This document shows, piece by piece, positions 27,723-36,953 of a stretch of DNA of 64,000 nucleotides; position 1 is the stretch's first letter; the number at the start of each line of letters is the position of its first letter. A program made the position numbers and the translations under genes. Origin of the DNA: Mycobacteriales bacterium (GTDB taxonomy: Bacteria > Actinomycetota > Actinomycetes > JAFAQI01); the NCBI GenBank assembly GCA_036268295.1, contig DATAUK010000042.1:14941-78940 (forward strand), in the 5' to 3' direction. The notes under the pieces were generated by a model. That model saw only the letters and a list, made by a program, of their open reading frames with translations, did no database searches and was not told the origin of the DNA.

Positions 27723-28621
27723 CTCGTCTCCGCCGGCTGCGCGGTCAGGTCGATGCTCGACAGCTCAGAGTCGACGGCGCCCTTGACCAGCTCGGCCTCG
27801 TCGGGCAAACCGACCAGCCGCCGCGCCAGCAGCCGGTAGGCCACCGCACCCGGCGTCGAGCGCGAGGTCCGCATGATCGAGTGCCCGACCGCCGGCGCCT
27901 CGGCGAAGCGCACCGACCGCGGGATCGGCGGCTCGAGGACGTCCAGCCCGTAGCGAAGCGCGACGTCGGCGAGCACAGCGCGGGTGTGGTTCGTCCGGCC
28001 GTCGAACAACGTGGGGAGCACGCCACGGACCTGCAGATCCGGATTGGTCAGCCGCTGGACGTCGTGCACCGTATCGAGAAGCTGGCCGACGCCTCGATGC
28101 GAGAGCGTCTCGCACTGCAGCGGCACGATGACCTCGTCGGCCGCGGTCAGCGCGTTGATGGTCAGCACACCCAGCGTCGGGGCGCAGTCGACCAGGATCA
28201 CGTCGTAGCCGTCACGTAGCTCGTCGAGCGCTCGCCGCAGCCCGAACTCCCGGCCGGATCTGGTCATCAGCATCGCCTCGCAGCCGGCGAGCTCAATCGT
28301 CGCCGGCAGGACGTCCGGGCCTTCGGATGCGGTGCGCAGGACCATCCGCGCCGACACCCGCCCGAGCAGAACGTCATGGATCGAGAGGTCGAGCGAGTCC
28401 GGGTCGAGCCCGAGGGAGAACGTCAGGCAGGCCTGCGGATCGAGGTCGACGGCAAGGACCTTCTTGCCCAGCTCGCTCAGTGCGGTGGCCAACGACGCGA
28501 CCGTCGTGGTCTTCGCCACGCCACCCTTCTGGTTGGCGATGGCGTACGTGCGGCTGATAGTCACAAACAGTCCCGCCAGTGTTGTGGAGCCGACGCCGGT
28601 GCTAACGGTGCCGATGCCCAA
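27719..28621 (-). CDS. ParA/Soj-family ATPase (orphan, Rv3213c-like)
   Basis: Deviant Walker A NQKGGVAKTT, VLAVDLDPQ, and ILVDCAPT (Walker B region). An alternative GTG start at 28564 gives VTISRTYAIANQKGG. Confidence 0.85.
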   Translation of the reverse strand: MGIGTVSTGVGSTTLAGLFVTISRTYAIANQKGGVAKTTTVASLATALSELGKKVLAVDLDPQACLTFSLGLDPDSLDLSIHDVLLGRVSARMVLRTASEGPDVLPATIELAGCEAMLMTRSGREFGLRRALDELRDGYDVILVDCAPTLGVLTINALTAADEVIVPLQCETLSHRGVGQLLDTVHDVQRLTNPDLQVRGVLPTLFDGRTNHTRAVLADVALRYGLDVLEPPIPRSVRFAEAPAVGHSIMRTSRSTPGAVAYRLLARRLVGLPDEAELVKGAVDSELSSIDLTAQPAETR

Positions 28622-28751
28622 GCGCCGCCCAGGCTACCGGTACCCTGCCCGCCGTGCCCGGTCCCGCAAACCCGTCCCAGCCTCGCGCAGGTCACGTGTG
28701 AGCGTCCCGCGCCATCTCGATCCCGGACCGTTGGTGGCACCCACCCGCGTG

Positions 28752-29558
28752 ATGGCAACCTCGGGCGAGCTGGCCGCCCTCGTCGCGACGCCCCCGGAGG
28801 GCGTCGTACGCCGTCCGGGCGTGCTCGCCGTGCCCGGATACACCGGGAGCAAGGAGGACTTCCTTCACCTGTTGCCGCTGCTGAGCGCCGCCGGCCATCC
28901 GGTCACGGCGATCGACCTGCGCGGCCAGCACGAATCGGGCGGCCCGGAGGACGTGGCGGCGTACACCGTGGCGGCGCTGGCGGCTGATATCGCGTCGCTG
29001 CTCGGTGCCGGCGAGAAGCTGCACCTGGTCGGTCACTCCTTCGGCGGCCTGGTCTGCCGCGAGGCGGTGCTCGGCGCAGCGCCGGTCCGATCTCTGGCGC
29101 TGATCGGCTCAGGTCCGGGCGCACTCGGCGGGACGCGCGGCGGGCTGATCGAGCTGATGCGGCCGCTGCTCGCCGACGGTGGGGTCGCCGCGGTCTGGGA
29201 GGTGTCCGAAGCGCTCGATGCCGAGGACCCGACGAAGGCCAGCCTGCCCGCGGACATCAAGGACTTCCTGCGCCGGCGGTTTCTCGCCTCACCGAGCGCG
29301 GCGCTGCTCGGGATGGGTACGGCGGCGACCACTGCGCCCGACCGCACCGACGAGCTGCGCCACAGCGGCATCGCCACGCTGGTCGGCTACGGCAGCCTCG
29401 ACGACGCCTGGTCGCCGGCCGAACAGCGTGAGATGGCCGAACGACTCGGCATCGATCCCGTGGTGTTCGACGGCGCCGGCCACTCACCCGCGGTCGACGT
29501 GCCCGAGGCCGTCGCGGCCGCTCTCGAAACCTTCTGGTCCACGCTCGACCCGACCTGA
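28752..29558 (+). CDS. alpha/beta hydrolase
   Basis: VLAVPGYTGSKEDF, nucleophile elbow GHSFGG, and C-terminal DGAGHSP. The ORF-track 5' extension (28332-28751) is antisense to the ParA-like gene. Confidence 0.8.
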   Translation: MATSGELAALVATPPEGVVRRPGVLAVPGYTGSKEDFLHLLPLLSAAGHPVTAIDLRGQHESGGPEDVAAYTVAALAADIASLLGAGEKLHLVGHSFGGLVCREAVLGAAPVRSLALIGSGPGALGGTRGGLIELMRPLLADGGVAAVWEVSEALDAEDPTKASLPADIKDFLRRRFLASPSAALLGMGTAATTAPDRTDELRHSGIATLVGYGSLDDAWSPAEQREMAERLGIDPVVFDGAGHSPAVDVPEAVAAALETFWSTLDPT

Positions 29559-29576
29559 CGCTGTGACGGCGTTCGG

Positions 29577-30461
29577 TCAATCGACGAGGTCGTCCACGGT
29601 CGAGGCGATGTCGCTCGGCAGGCCGGCCCACGGCAGCGTCCGTTGCGGCGACGCCGCCTGACCCTCCGGGCAGTGCGCGCGGAAGTCGCACCAGGTGCAC
29701 AGCTGGCCCGGCCGTGGCGGGAACGCGCTGTCGAGATTTCGCTCGTCGGCGGAGCTGACCGCTCGCGCCTCGGCTGCCTCGTCGGCGATGTCATGCGCCC
29801 GCCCGAGATGGCGGGCAAGGGTGGCTTCGGTGTGTTCCCACACCACGACGTCACCTGAAGGCAGATGATGGAGCTCGACCCGGGTGCAGGGCAGATGCAT
29901 CGTGCGCGCCGCGGCGAGTGCGTAGATCGCCAGCGCGAGCGATCCGCGTGCGTCGTCGGTGCTGAGCACATGCCGGCCGGTCTTGTAGTCGACGACGACT
30001 AGCTCTTCACCGCGACGGTCGAGCCGGTCGATCCGCCCGGAGACCGCGAGCCGGTCGGTCTTCATCGCCACCGTGCGCTCGACGCCGACCGGCTCGTCGG
30101 CAGGGTCGAGTAATGCGGTGTAGCGCTCGACCATCTCGGCCGCCCGCTCCCGCCAGTCCTGAGCCTGGTCATCATCGCGAAATCCCAGTGGCGTCCATCG
30201 CTCCCGAACCAGCCGGCCACCCGCGCGCGGCGTACGAGCCGCCTCCGGTAGCAACCACCACGAGGCCAGCGCCTGGTGGACTGCGGCACCGACGGTGTTG
30301 TGCGCCCACGGCGCACCCTTCGGCGGCATCGGCCGATCGATGTAGGTGAACCGATAGCGGCGCGGGCAGTCCAGCCACGAGGCAAGCCGTGACGGGGTGC
30401 AGGTGAACAACCGCGGCGGCACGACGACGTCGAGCTCACCCTGCGCTTCGCTCATCACCAT
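29577..30461 (-). CDS. PD-(D/E)XK RecB-family/Cas4-like exonuclease with Cys cluster
   Basis: N-terminal Cys (WLDCPRRYRF), nuclease core (GRIDRLD...VVDYKTG), and C-terminal CTWCDFRAHC (C-x2-C-x5-C). Confidence 0.8.
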   Translation of the reverse strand: MVMSEAQGELDVVVPPRLFTCTPSRLASWLDCPRRYRFTYIDRPMPPKGAPWAHNTVGAAVHQALASWWLLPEAARTPRAGGRLVRERWTPLGFRDDDQAQDWRERAAEMVERYTALLDPADEPVGVERTVAMKTDRLAVSGRIDRLDRRGEELVVVDYKTGRHVLSTDDARGSLALAIYALAAARTMHLPCTRVELHHLPSGDVVVWEHTEATLARHLGRAHDIADEAAEARAVSSADERNLDSAFPPRPGQLCTWCDFRAHCPEGQAASPQRTLPWAGLPSDIASTVDDLVD

Positions 30462-30533
30462 CGGCTCAGTCTCGCGGTGAGCATCGCGTCGTGTCGCGAC
30501 CGACCCGCGGTGCTGTGGACAGCGAGGGAAAGA

Positions 30534-31160
30534 TCACGCCGTCTTCGCGAACGCGATCGCCGAGTCGGCGACCAGCTGGACCGCGATCGCCGAGAGCAGC
30601 AGTCCGGAGATCCGGGTGATCAGCGAGACGCCCGCGTCGCGCAGGACACTGAGCAGGACGCCGGAGAACCGAAGCGAGAGGTAGAGCACGACATGTACGG
30701 CGACGATGCCGGCAGCGATCGCGTCGGCATCGGCAAGTCCGTGTGCGCGGCGGACGAACACGATGGTCGCGACGATCGCGCCCGGGCCGGCGAGCAGCGG
30801 CGTCCCGAGCGGCACGAACGCGACGTTGACGTCGGGCACTTCGGCATCGCGAGTCTGCTTGCCGGTCAACAGCTCCAGTGCCACCAGGATCAGCAACAAG
30901 CCACCTGCGCCCTGCAACGCCGCAACCGAGATATCGAGATAGCGCAGGATCTGCTGACCGAACAACGCGAACGCCGCGATCACCGAGATCGCGACGAGGA
31001 CCGCTTGCCAAGCCTGCCGGTTTCGGGCTTTCCGTGACCGGCCGCTGGTCAGCGCCAAAAACAGCGGCACGGTGCCGATCGGGTCCATGATCACCAGAAG
31101 CGTTACGAAAACCTCGGTGAACAAGCGAGCATGGAACGCGACGTGGTGCACGAGGCTCAA
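30534..31160 (-). CDS. MarC-family (UPF0056) integral membrane protein
   Basis: 208 aa with six hydrophobic segments. Typical N-terminus FVTLLVIMDPIGTVPLFLAL. Confidence 0.8.
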   Translation of the reverse strand: MSLVHHVAFHARLFTEVFVTLLVIMDPIGTVPLFLALTSGRSRKARNRQAWQAVLVAISVIAAFALFGQQILRYLDISVAALQGAGGLLLILVALELLTGKQTRDAEVPDVNVAFVPLGTPLLAGPGAIVATIVFVRRAHGLADADAIAAGIVAVHVVLYLSLRFSGVLLSVLRDAGVSLITRISGLLLSAIAVQLVADSAIAFAKTA

Positions 31161-31210
31161 TGCTACGGACCATCAGCGAAATGCCAGTATTCCCAACCCG
31201 ATTCCGACCC

Positions 31211-31840
31211 CTATATCGCTTCGGGCAGCGCGGACAACCGCGGCGAGAGCGACCCGAACTCCAGGTCGAGATCCACCGGCCCGTCGCGCGCGTCGACCAG
31301 TGAGATCTCGTCGTACATCAGGACGCCGGCCGACGCCGGCCACAGCACCGCCCACAGCCACAGCCCCTTGGCCTCACCGACGAACACCGCGCGATCACCC
31401 TGGACCGGCACGCTCCACAGTGCGGTCGGATGCGAGGCGGCAAACACCTTTGCATGCGCCGGTCCCGCGTCGAAGCCGGCACCGGGGTCGGACCCGGCGA
31501 GACCGGCGTGACGCGAACCGAGTCCGACGCCTGGCTCCTCGGCCACGATCATCAGATCGGCGGCGCCGCCGAGCGGGCTCGGCCCGGACAGACAGGTCGC
31601 GATCGCGCAGGCACCGGTCCGCTCGTCGCCGGCATACCCGACACCGCTGCACACCCAGCCGCGCGGCAGGCCGCGCGGCATCCAGACCGGCACCACCGCG
31701 CGTCCGACGATGTGCTCGACCGCGTCGGCACCGAGGTGGGTCAGCACGAGATAAGGGTGCACAGTGCCGTGGCGCGGGCACTCCCACGCGCTCGACCACA
31801 ACCCCGGAGCGCGCAGCTCGGCTCCGCACCGAGGGCACAT
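31211..31840 (-). CDS. conserved hypothetical protein with N-terminal zinc-ribbon
   Basis: MCPRCGAEL...WECPRHG N-terminus. AGGAG lies just upstream of ATG 31840 (the ORF-track GTG 31855 is less likely). Looks like an actinobacterial DUF family. Confidence 0.6.
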   Translation of the reverse strand: MCPRCGAELRAPGLWSSAWECPRHGTVHPYLVLTHLGADAVEHIVGRAVVPVWMPRGLPRGWVCSGVGYAGDERTGACAIATCLSGPSPLGGAADLMIVAEEPGVGLGSRHAGLAGSDPGAGFDAGPAHAKVFAASHPTALWSVPVQGDRAVFVGEAKGLWLWAVLWPASAGVLMYDEISLVDARDGPVDLDLEFGSLSPRLSALPEAI

Positions 31841-32015
31841 CGGCTCCTGATGCACACCGCAACGCTCGACTCGATCGGGCCCGCCGTCAATAGGCCAGCC
31901 GCGTTGAATCGATCATTTCTCACTAGTCGGACAAATACCCGGGAACCGCCAAAGACCCAGTTTGCAACGCCGGAGATGGCTAGTCTCAGCCCAACCTCTG
32001 GGGATGGGGACGGTC

Positions 32016-34397
32016 ATGGGCTTGAGATCACAGCCAGCTCGGCTGCTTCGTGGCGCAATGACGGTGGCGGTCATCGCCGGCTCGCTGGCGCTGATCGGCG
32101 TGGCTCCGGCGAGCGCGGCGGGCAACGGCGTCTACGTCGCGTGCGGCGACTACGACACCAGCGCGACCGCGACCGGATCGGGGTGCGAGACGCTGAGCCA
32201 GGCGCTGAGTGACGCCCTGACCTTCGGATCTGAGTTCGCCAGCCCGGCGACCATCGAGCTGATGCCCGGTGGCTACTGTGCGCGCACCCTTGATGAGGAC
32301 TCGCGCCGATTGACGCTGGTGGGAATCGGAGCCGCCGGACTGGCAAACCCGACCTCGTTCAGCGGACCGGAGGCGGCACTCACCAGCTTCGGCTGGGATC
32401 CGAACTGCACCGGACCGGCGCCGGCGTACGCGCTTGCCGTGCCGGACCACAGCAGCCAGCTCGAGGGCGATCTGTACCTCGAGAACCTTGCCGTCGACGG
32501 ATCGGCCACCGGCGCGCCGGCCAACGGGATCTACTCGAACAACGCCGGTCTGACATTGCAGAACGTCCTCGCCGAGAACTTCACGTCGGGTACCGGTTTG
32601 ACCTTCACGGCGAGCGGCGTTTTTGTCAGCCAGCAGCTTGCCCAGATGGGCGTGAGCACCAGCGCGTTCGTCGACAACCAAACCGGCGTGGACTTCGGCG
32701 TCGAGGGCTCGATCGACGAGAGCACGATCGCCGGCAACACCGGAGTCGGACTGAAGGTTGCGGGCGCCATGCATCTCGACAACGACACCATCAGCCACAA
32801 CGGGACCGGCGTTGCACCAGTGGGGGGCAGCACGGTCCAGATGGACAACTCGATCGTCGGCGACAACACCACCGACTGCTCGACAACCAGCGGCATGGAG
32901 CCGGGAGGAGTGGGTGGCGCCAACGGCAACAACCTGCTGACCGCGAGCTGCGAAAGTGTGAGCAACCCGGTTGCGACGGACATCACGTTGTCCCCGGACA
33001 CCGTCGCCGCCGTCGCTGACAACGGCGGACCGACGCCATCGATGCTGCCGCCAGGCCAAGCGTCAGGTGGCTCGGACGCCGGTCTGTGCAACTCGGCCGG
33101 TACCGATCAGCGCGAATACCGCGAGATGAATTTCGGCGGCCCCTGTGACATCGGGTCGGTCAACACCGACAACTCAGTTGGAACGGCCGACCCGGAACCC
33201 AGCTCCGGGAGCCTCGACTTCGGGGCGGTTCCGACCGACCAGCAGAGCTCCATCGGGATCGAAATCCAGAACCTCGGCGGCAACCTGATGGGAGTCTCAG
33301 GGTTGGCGGTGACCGGAGACACCGCATTCAGTGTCCCGGCAGACAACGACGGCTGCAGCTATTTCCTGGTGCGCCCCAACGGCTCCTGCACGATCTACGT
33401 GAGCGCGGCTCCGGCAACTCAGGCCGCCGTGACCGGCCAGCTGGTCGTTCACACCACCGCCGGCGAGATCGACATCCCGCTGAGCGTGACCGGAGCGGAG
33501 CCGGTCGGCTCACCGACCCACGTCACGGCCGGTCCCGGGAATCGGAACGTGTCGCTGAGCTGGACCGCCGCACCAGGTGGCGGACAGACGATCGAGGGCT
33601 ACGACATCCAGGACTCGACCGACAATGGGTCGACGTGGAACTACCTGACCTTCTCGGACGCCAGCCCAGCAACAATCACTGACTTGGACAACGGGACGAC
33701 GTACCTGTTCAGGGTGGCAGCCCAAGACGCTTTCGGCGACGGCCCCTGGTCGGATCCCTCGACGGCCGTCACGCCGCACGCACCGTTGCCTCACGCCAGC
33801 AAATTGACCACGCCGCACGCGGCCACGATCAGGGACGGGGCGAAAGTCACCCTGTCGACGACGCTCGCCGACTCGACGACGCACAGCCCGCTGGCCGGAG
33901 CGACCGTGACGCTGCTGGGGCGGTCCGGGTCAGGCCCGTTCACCACAGTCGCGACGGCGTTCACCGACGGCCAGGGCAAGGCCGGCGCGAGCGTGCATCC
34001 GGGCGTCAACAGCCAGTACAAGTGGTCCTACGCCGGCACGAGCGGCCACGCCGCCACGACGACCGCTGCGGTCGCCGTCTCGGTCGCACAGGTGGTGCAC
34101 GCCGCGTTGTCCGCCTCGCACGTCAAGGCACATAAGCGGGCAAGGATCTATGGCACGGTGTCACCGAGTGAGACCGGAAAGTCGGTGGCTCTCCAGGAGC
34201 TGCTCAAAGGAAAGTGGAAGACGCTCACGACCGCCACGATCAAGCGGCAGAAGCTGCCGAACGGCAAGAAGACGGTGGGTTTCCTCCTGTCGGTCAAGCC
34301 GGTGAAGAAGGGAACCGAGACGCTTCGAGTCTCTCGGTCGGCCACCTCGGCGAACGTGGCCGGGGTGTCGCAGCGGCTGAAGCTCAAGGTCACCTGA
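32016..34397 (+). CDS. secreted multidomain protein: right-handed beta-helix module, Ig-like/HYDIN-like domain, FN3, C-terminal Ig-like domains
   Basis: Signal peptide MGLRSQPARLLRGAMTVAVIAGSLALIGVAPASA. Parallel beta-helix-like repeats (NxxGxxL/V). ADNGGPTPS...GTDQREYR...CDIGS motif. FN3 at about 33511-33770 (LSWTAAPGGGQTIEGYDIQ...YLFRVAAQDAFGDGPWS). Confidence 0.75.
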   Translation: MGLRSQPARLLRGAMTVAVIAGSLALIGVAPASAAGNGVYVACGDYDTSATATGSGCETLSQALSDALTFGSEFASPATIELMPGGYCARTLDEDSRRLTLVGIGAAGLANPTSFSGPEAALTSFGWDPNCTGPAPAYALAVPDHSSQLEGDLYLENLAVDGSATGAPANGIYSNNAGLTLQNVLAENFTSGTGLTFTASGVFVSQQLAQMGVSTSAFVDNQTGVDFGVEGSIDESTIAGNTGVGLKVAGAMHLDNDTISHNGTGVAPVGGSTVQMDNSIVGDNTTDCSTTSGMEPGGVGGANGNNLLTASCESVSNPVATDITLSPDTVAAVADNGGPTPSMLPPGQASGGSDAGLCNSAGTDQREYREMNFGGPCDIGSVNTDNSVGTADPEPSSGSLDFGAVPTDQQSSIGIEIQNLGGNLMGVSGLAVTGDTAFSVPADNDGCSYFLVRPNGSCTIYVSAAPATQAAVTGQLVVHTTAGEIDIPLSVTGAEPVGSPTHVTAGPGNRNVSLSWTAAPGGGQTIEGYDIQDSTDNGSTWNYLTFSDASPATITDLDNGTTYLFRVAAQDAFGDGPWSDPSTAVTPHAPLPHASKLTTPHAATIRDGAKVTLSTTLADSTTHSPLAGATVTLLGRSGSGPFTTVATAFTDGQGKAGASVHPGVNSQYKWSYAGTSGHAATTTAAVAVSVAQVVHAALSASHVKAHKRARIYGTVSPSETGKSVALQELLKGKWKTLTTATIKRQKLPNGKKTVGFLLSVKPVKKGTETLRVSRSATSANVAGVSQRLKLKVT

Positions 34398-34441
34398 CGG
34401 CGCCGTCGAGCCCGACCGAGCCGGTCGTTTGCGCCGGCGCG

Positions 34442-34789
34442 GTGATCCGCGACGACGGCCGGCTCCTCATGGTCCGCCGCGGTCAACCGCCCGCGGTCGG
34501 CACCTGGTCACTGCCCGGCGGCCACGTCGAAGCCGGCGAGACACTCGCCGAGGCGGCTGCCCGTGAGGTACTCGAGGAGACCGGTCTCGTGGTCGAGGTC
34601 GGCGAGCTGATCCAGACCGTCGACGTCTTCGGGTACGTCGTCCACGACTTCGCCGCGACCGTCATCGGCGGCAGCCTGAAAGCCGGTGACGACGCGAGCG
34701 ACGTCCGCTGGTGCGAGCCGGCGGCGGTCCCGGCGATGACACTGTCGCCCGGACTGCTCGACGAGCTACGCCGGATGCGGGTCCTCTGA
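34442..34789 (+). CDS. Nudix hydrolase (start uncertain)
   Basis: Nudix box GGHVEAGETLAEAAAREVLEETGL. The frame is open from 34214. No ATG/GTG/TTG occurs between 34214 and GTG 34442, but CTG 34394 overlaps the upstream stop. Confidence 0.7.
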   Translation: MIRDDGRLLMVRRGQPPAVGTWSLPGGHVEAGETLAEAAAREVLEETGLVVEVGELIQTVDVFGYVVHDFAATVIGGSLKAGDDASDVRWCEPAAVPAMTLSPGLLDELRRMRVL

Positions 34790-35269
34790 GCCGGCTGCCG
34801 TCGTCGGCAGGATCACGGTGCAGAAGGCACATCGCGTCGCGTCGTACGGGATCGAGCTCCTGCACTCGGGACAGACCTTGGTCTCGGTGTCGCTGTCGGT
34901 CGAGGACTTGAACCGGCTCATCAGATGGTTGACCGGCCGGACCACGAAGTAGTAGATGACGATGCCGATCAGCAGCAATGACACGAGCGAGTTCAGGAAG
35001 TCGCCGTAGAGAAACTTCGAGCCGCCGAGCGTCCAGTACCTGGTCGAGAAGTCCTTGGCGTTGCCCAGCGGGATCCCGACCAGCGGGGTGATGAAGTCGT
35101 TGACGAGTGACTTCACGACCGAGGTGAATGCGGTGCCGATCACGATGCCGATTGCGAGATCGACGACATTGCCGCGCAGAATGAAGGTACGGAACCCGGA
35201 CAGGTCGAGGCGGCGCGAACCCGAACGCACGAGGTTCTCCAACCGGTCGAGTGGATCACTATCGCTCAT
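34766..35269 (-). CDS. mscL: large-conductance mechanosensitive channel MscL with C-terminal zinc-ribbon extension
   Basis: FILRGNVVDLAIGIVIGTAFTSVVKSLVNDFITPL is a canonical MscL TM1 and periplasmic loop start. TM2 is LLLIGIVIYYFVV. C-terminus has CPEC-x10-CAFC. ATG 35269. Confidence 0.85.
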   Translation of the reverse strand: MSDSDPLDRLENLVRSGSRRLDLSGFRTFILRGNVVDLAIGIVIGTAFTSVVKSLVNDFITPLVGIPLGNAKDFSTRYWTLGGSKFLYGDFLNSLVSLLLIGIVIYYFVVRPVNHLMSRFKSSTDSDTETKVCPECRSSIPYDATRCAFCTVILPTTAAGSEDPHPA

Positions 35270-35322
35270 GCCCGACGAGGCTAACGTCGCCGGCCGCGCA
35301 CCCGCGGCAGGCCGCGAGCGAG

Positions 35323-36195
35323 TCAGCCGATCGGGTGGCGGATCCGGCCGTCCGCGATCGGAACCACGCTGCCGGTGACCCGCGACCCGACCGCGACACC
35401 GGCCTCGCACCGCACCACGCAGTCCAGCCGCGACGGTCGCCCTATCTCGAGCCCCTGGTTGACGATGTAGGGCGTCTCACCGTCCGCGGCGACGTGGCCA
35501 GCTGCCGCCAGCCAGACCCCGAGACCGAGTGCGGCTGACCCGGTGGCCGGGTCCTCGGCCACGCCGAGCCGGCCGGCGAACACCCGTGCGTGCGCGACGC
35601 CGTCGGCGAAGGAAAACACCGAGACGCCGGCCTTGGCATCAAGGTCGGCCAACAGCGTGGCGTTCGGACGCGCCCGGGCCACCGCATCCGGCTTGGCGTG
35701 CACGAACCCGAAGTCGATGCCGACTCCGGCCCAACGCACCGGATCGCCCGCCAGGTCGGCAGTCGTCAGCCCGATGGCCGCGACAATCGCCGACGGATCC
35801 GCAATGACATCGTCGAGGTGTGCCGCACCGCCGGTCAGCGTCACCGAGTCGCCCTCGATCACGAGTGGGAGCAACCCGGCGCCGCACTCCTGCACGATCG
35901 GGCCGTCGGACACCCGGCCGAGCGAACGCATCACCCATGCGGCGCCGACCGACGGATGTCCGGCGAATGGCAGCTCAGCGGCCGGCGTGAAGATCCGCAA
36001 TCGGTAGTTGGCATCGGAGGTCGACGCCGTGATCGGGAACGCGGTCTCGGACAGGTTGAACTCGCGCGCGATCCGCTGCATCTGCTCGGTGCTCAGCTCA
36101 TCGGCCTCGAGGACGACCGCGAGCGGGTTGCCGGCGAAAGCGCGGTCGGTGAAGACGTCGACGATCCGGTAGGCGAGCGCGCTCGGCTCACTCAC
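35323..36195 (-). CDS. PhzF-family isomerase
   Basis: YRIVDVFTDRAFAGNPLAVV N-terminus, SETAF and GHPSVGAAW motifs. GTG 36195 overlaps the upstream SDR stop as GTGA. Confidence 0.85.
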   Translation of the reverse strand: MSEPSALAYRIVDVFTDRAFAGNPLAVVLEADELSTEQMQRIAREFNLSETAFPITASTSDANYRLRIFTPAAELPFAGHPSVGAAWVMRSLGRVSDGPIVQECGAGLLPLVIEGDSVTLTGGAAHLDDVIADPSAIVAAIGLTTADLAGDPVRWAGVGIDFGFVHAKPDAVARARPNATLLADLDAKAGVSVFSFADGVAHARVFAGRLGVAEDPATGSAALGLGVWLAAAGHVAADGETPYIVNQGLEIGRPSRLDCVVRCEAGVAVGSRVTGSVVPIADGRIRHPIG

Positions 36196-36953
36196 GTGAT
36201 CGTCACCCCGCCATCGACGGCGATCGTCTGACCGGTCACATAGCCGGCGGCGTCGGACGCCAGCCACACCAACGTTGCGGCTAGCTCCTCAGCTTCGCCG
36301 AGCCGGCCGCTGACCATCCGCGGCTTCATCATCTCCAGATAGCTCGGGTCGTACTGGTCGGTCATCTCGGTCGCGAAGAACCCGGGTGCGAGGCCATTCA
36401 CCCGGATGCCCTTGCGCACCGTCCACTGCTGGGCGAGGTCGCGGGTCAGCCCGATCAGGCCGGCCTTCGACGAGGCGTACGCCGCCTGCGGCAGACCAGC
36501 GGTCGTCAGCCCGATGACGCTGCTGATGTTGACGATCGACCCACCGCGGGTCGCTGCCCGGGCGAACGACTGCGCCATCCAGTAGCAGCCATTGAGGTTG
36601 ATGTCGATCACGGCCCGGAACTGCTCGGGGGTCTCCCGGGTGGCCGGCACCGCGGTACCGACTCCGGCGTTGTTGACCAGGATGTCGACGCCACCGAGCT
36701 CGTCAACCGCGGCCGCGACCAGAGCCGCGCAGTCCTCCGGCTTGGCGACGTCGGTCGCCACCGCGATCGCCCGGCGTCCGAGCGACGCCACCATCTTCCT
36801 GGTCTCCTCGAGCTTGTCGACCCGGCGGGCACCGAGCGCCAGATCGGCGCCGGCTTCGGCGAGCGCACGCGCGAACGCGACACCGAGACCGGACGAGGCG
36901 CCGGTGACGATCGCCACCTTGCCGTCGAGGCGAAACATGTCGAGGACAGTCAT
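36192..36953 (-). CDS. SDR-family oxidoreductase (FabG-like)
   Basis: GKVAIVTGASSGLG, NNAG, and YASSKAG (YxxxK). Start at ATG 36953 or 36938. Confidence 0.85.
   Translation of the reverse strand: MTVLDMFRLDGKVAIVTGASSGLGVAFARALAEAGADLALGARRVDKLEETRKMVASLGRRAIAVATDVAKPEDCAALVAAAVDELGGVDILVNNAGVGTAVPATRETPEQFRAVIDINLNGCYWMAQSFARAATRGGSIVNISSVIGLTTAGLPQAAYASSKAGLIGLTRDLAQQWTVRKGIRVNGLAPGFFATEMTDQYDPSYLEMMKPRMVSGRLGEAEELAATLVWLASDAAGYVTGQTIAVDGGVTIT

Noticed and set aside
30466-31173. 235-aa minus-strand ORF overlapping the MarC gene in another frame, and the Arg-rich plus-strand ORF 31072-31893.
   Set aside because: The hydrophobic MarC frame (30534-31160) and the zinc-ribbon DUF frame (31211-31840) are the biologically sensible readings. 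The alternatives are Arg-rich artefacts.
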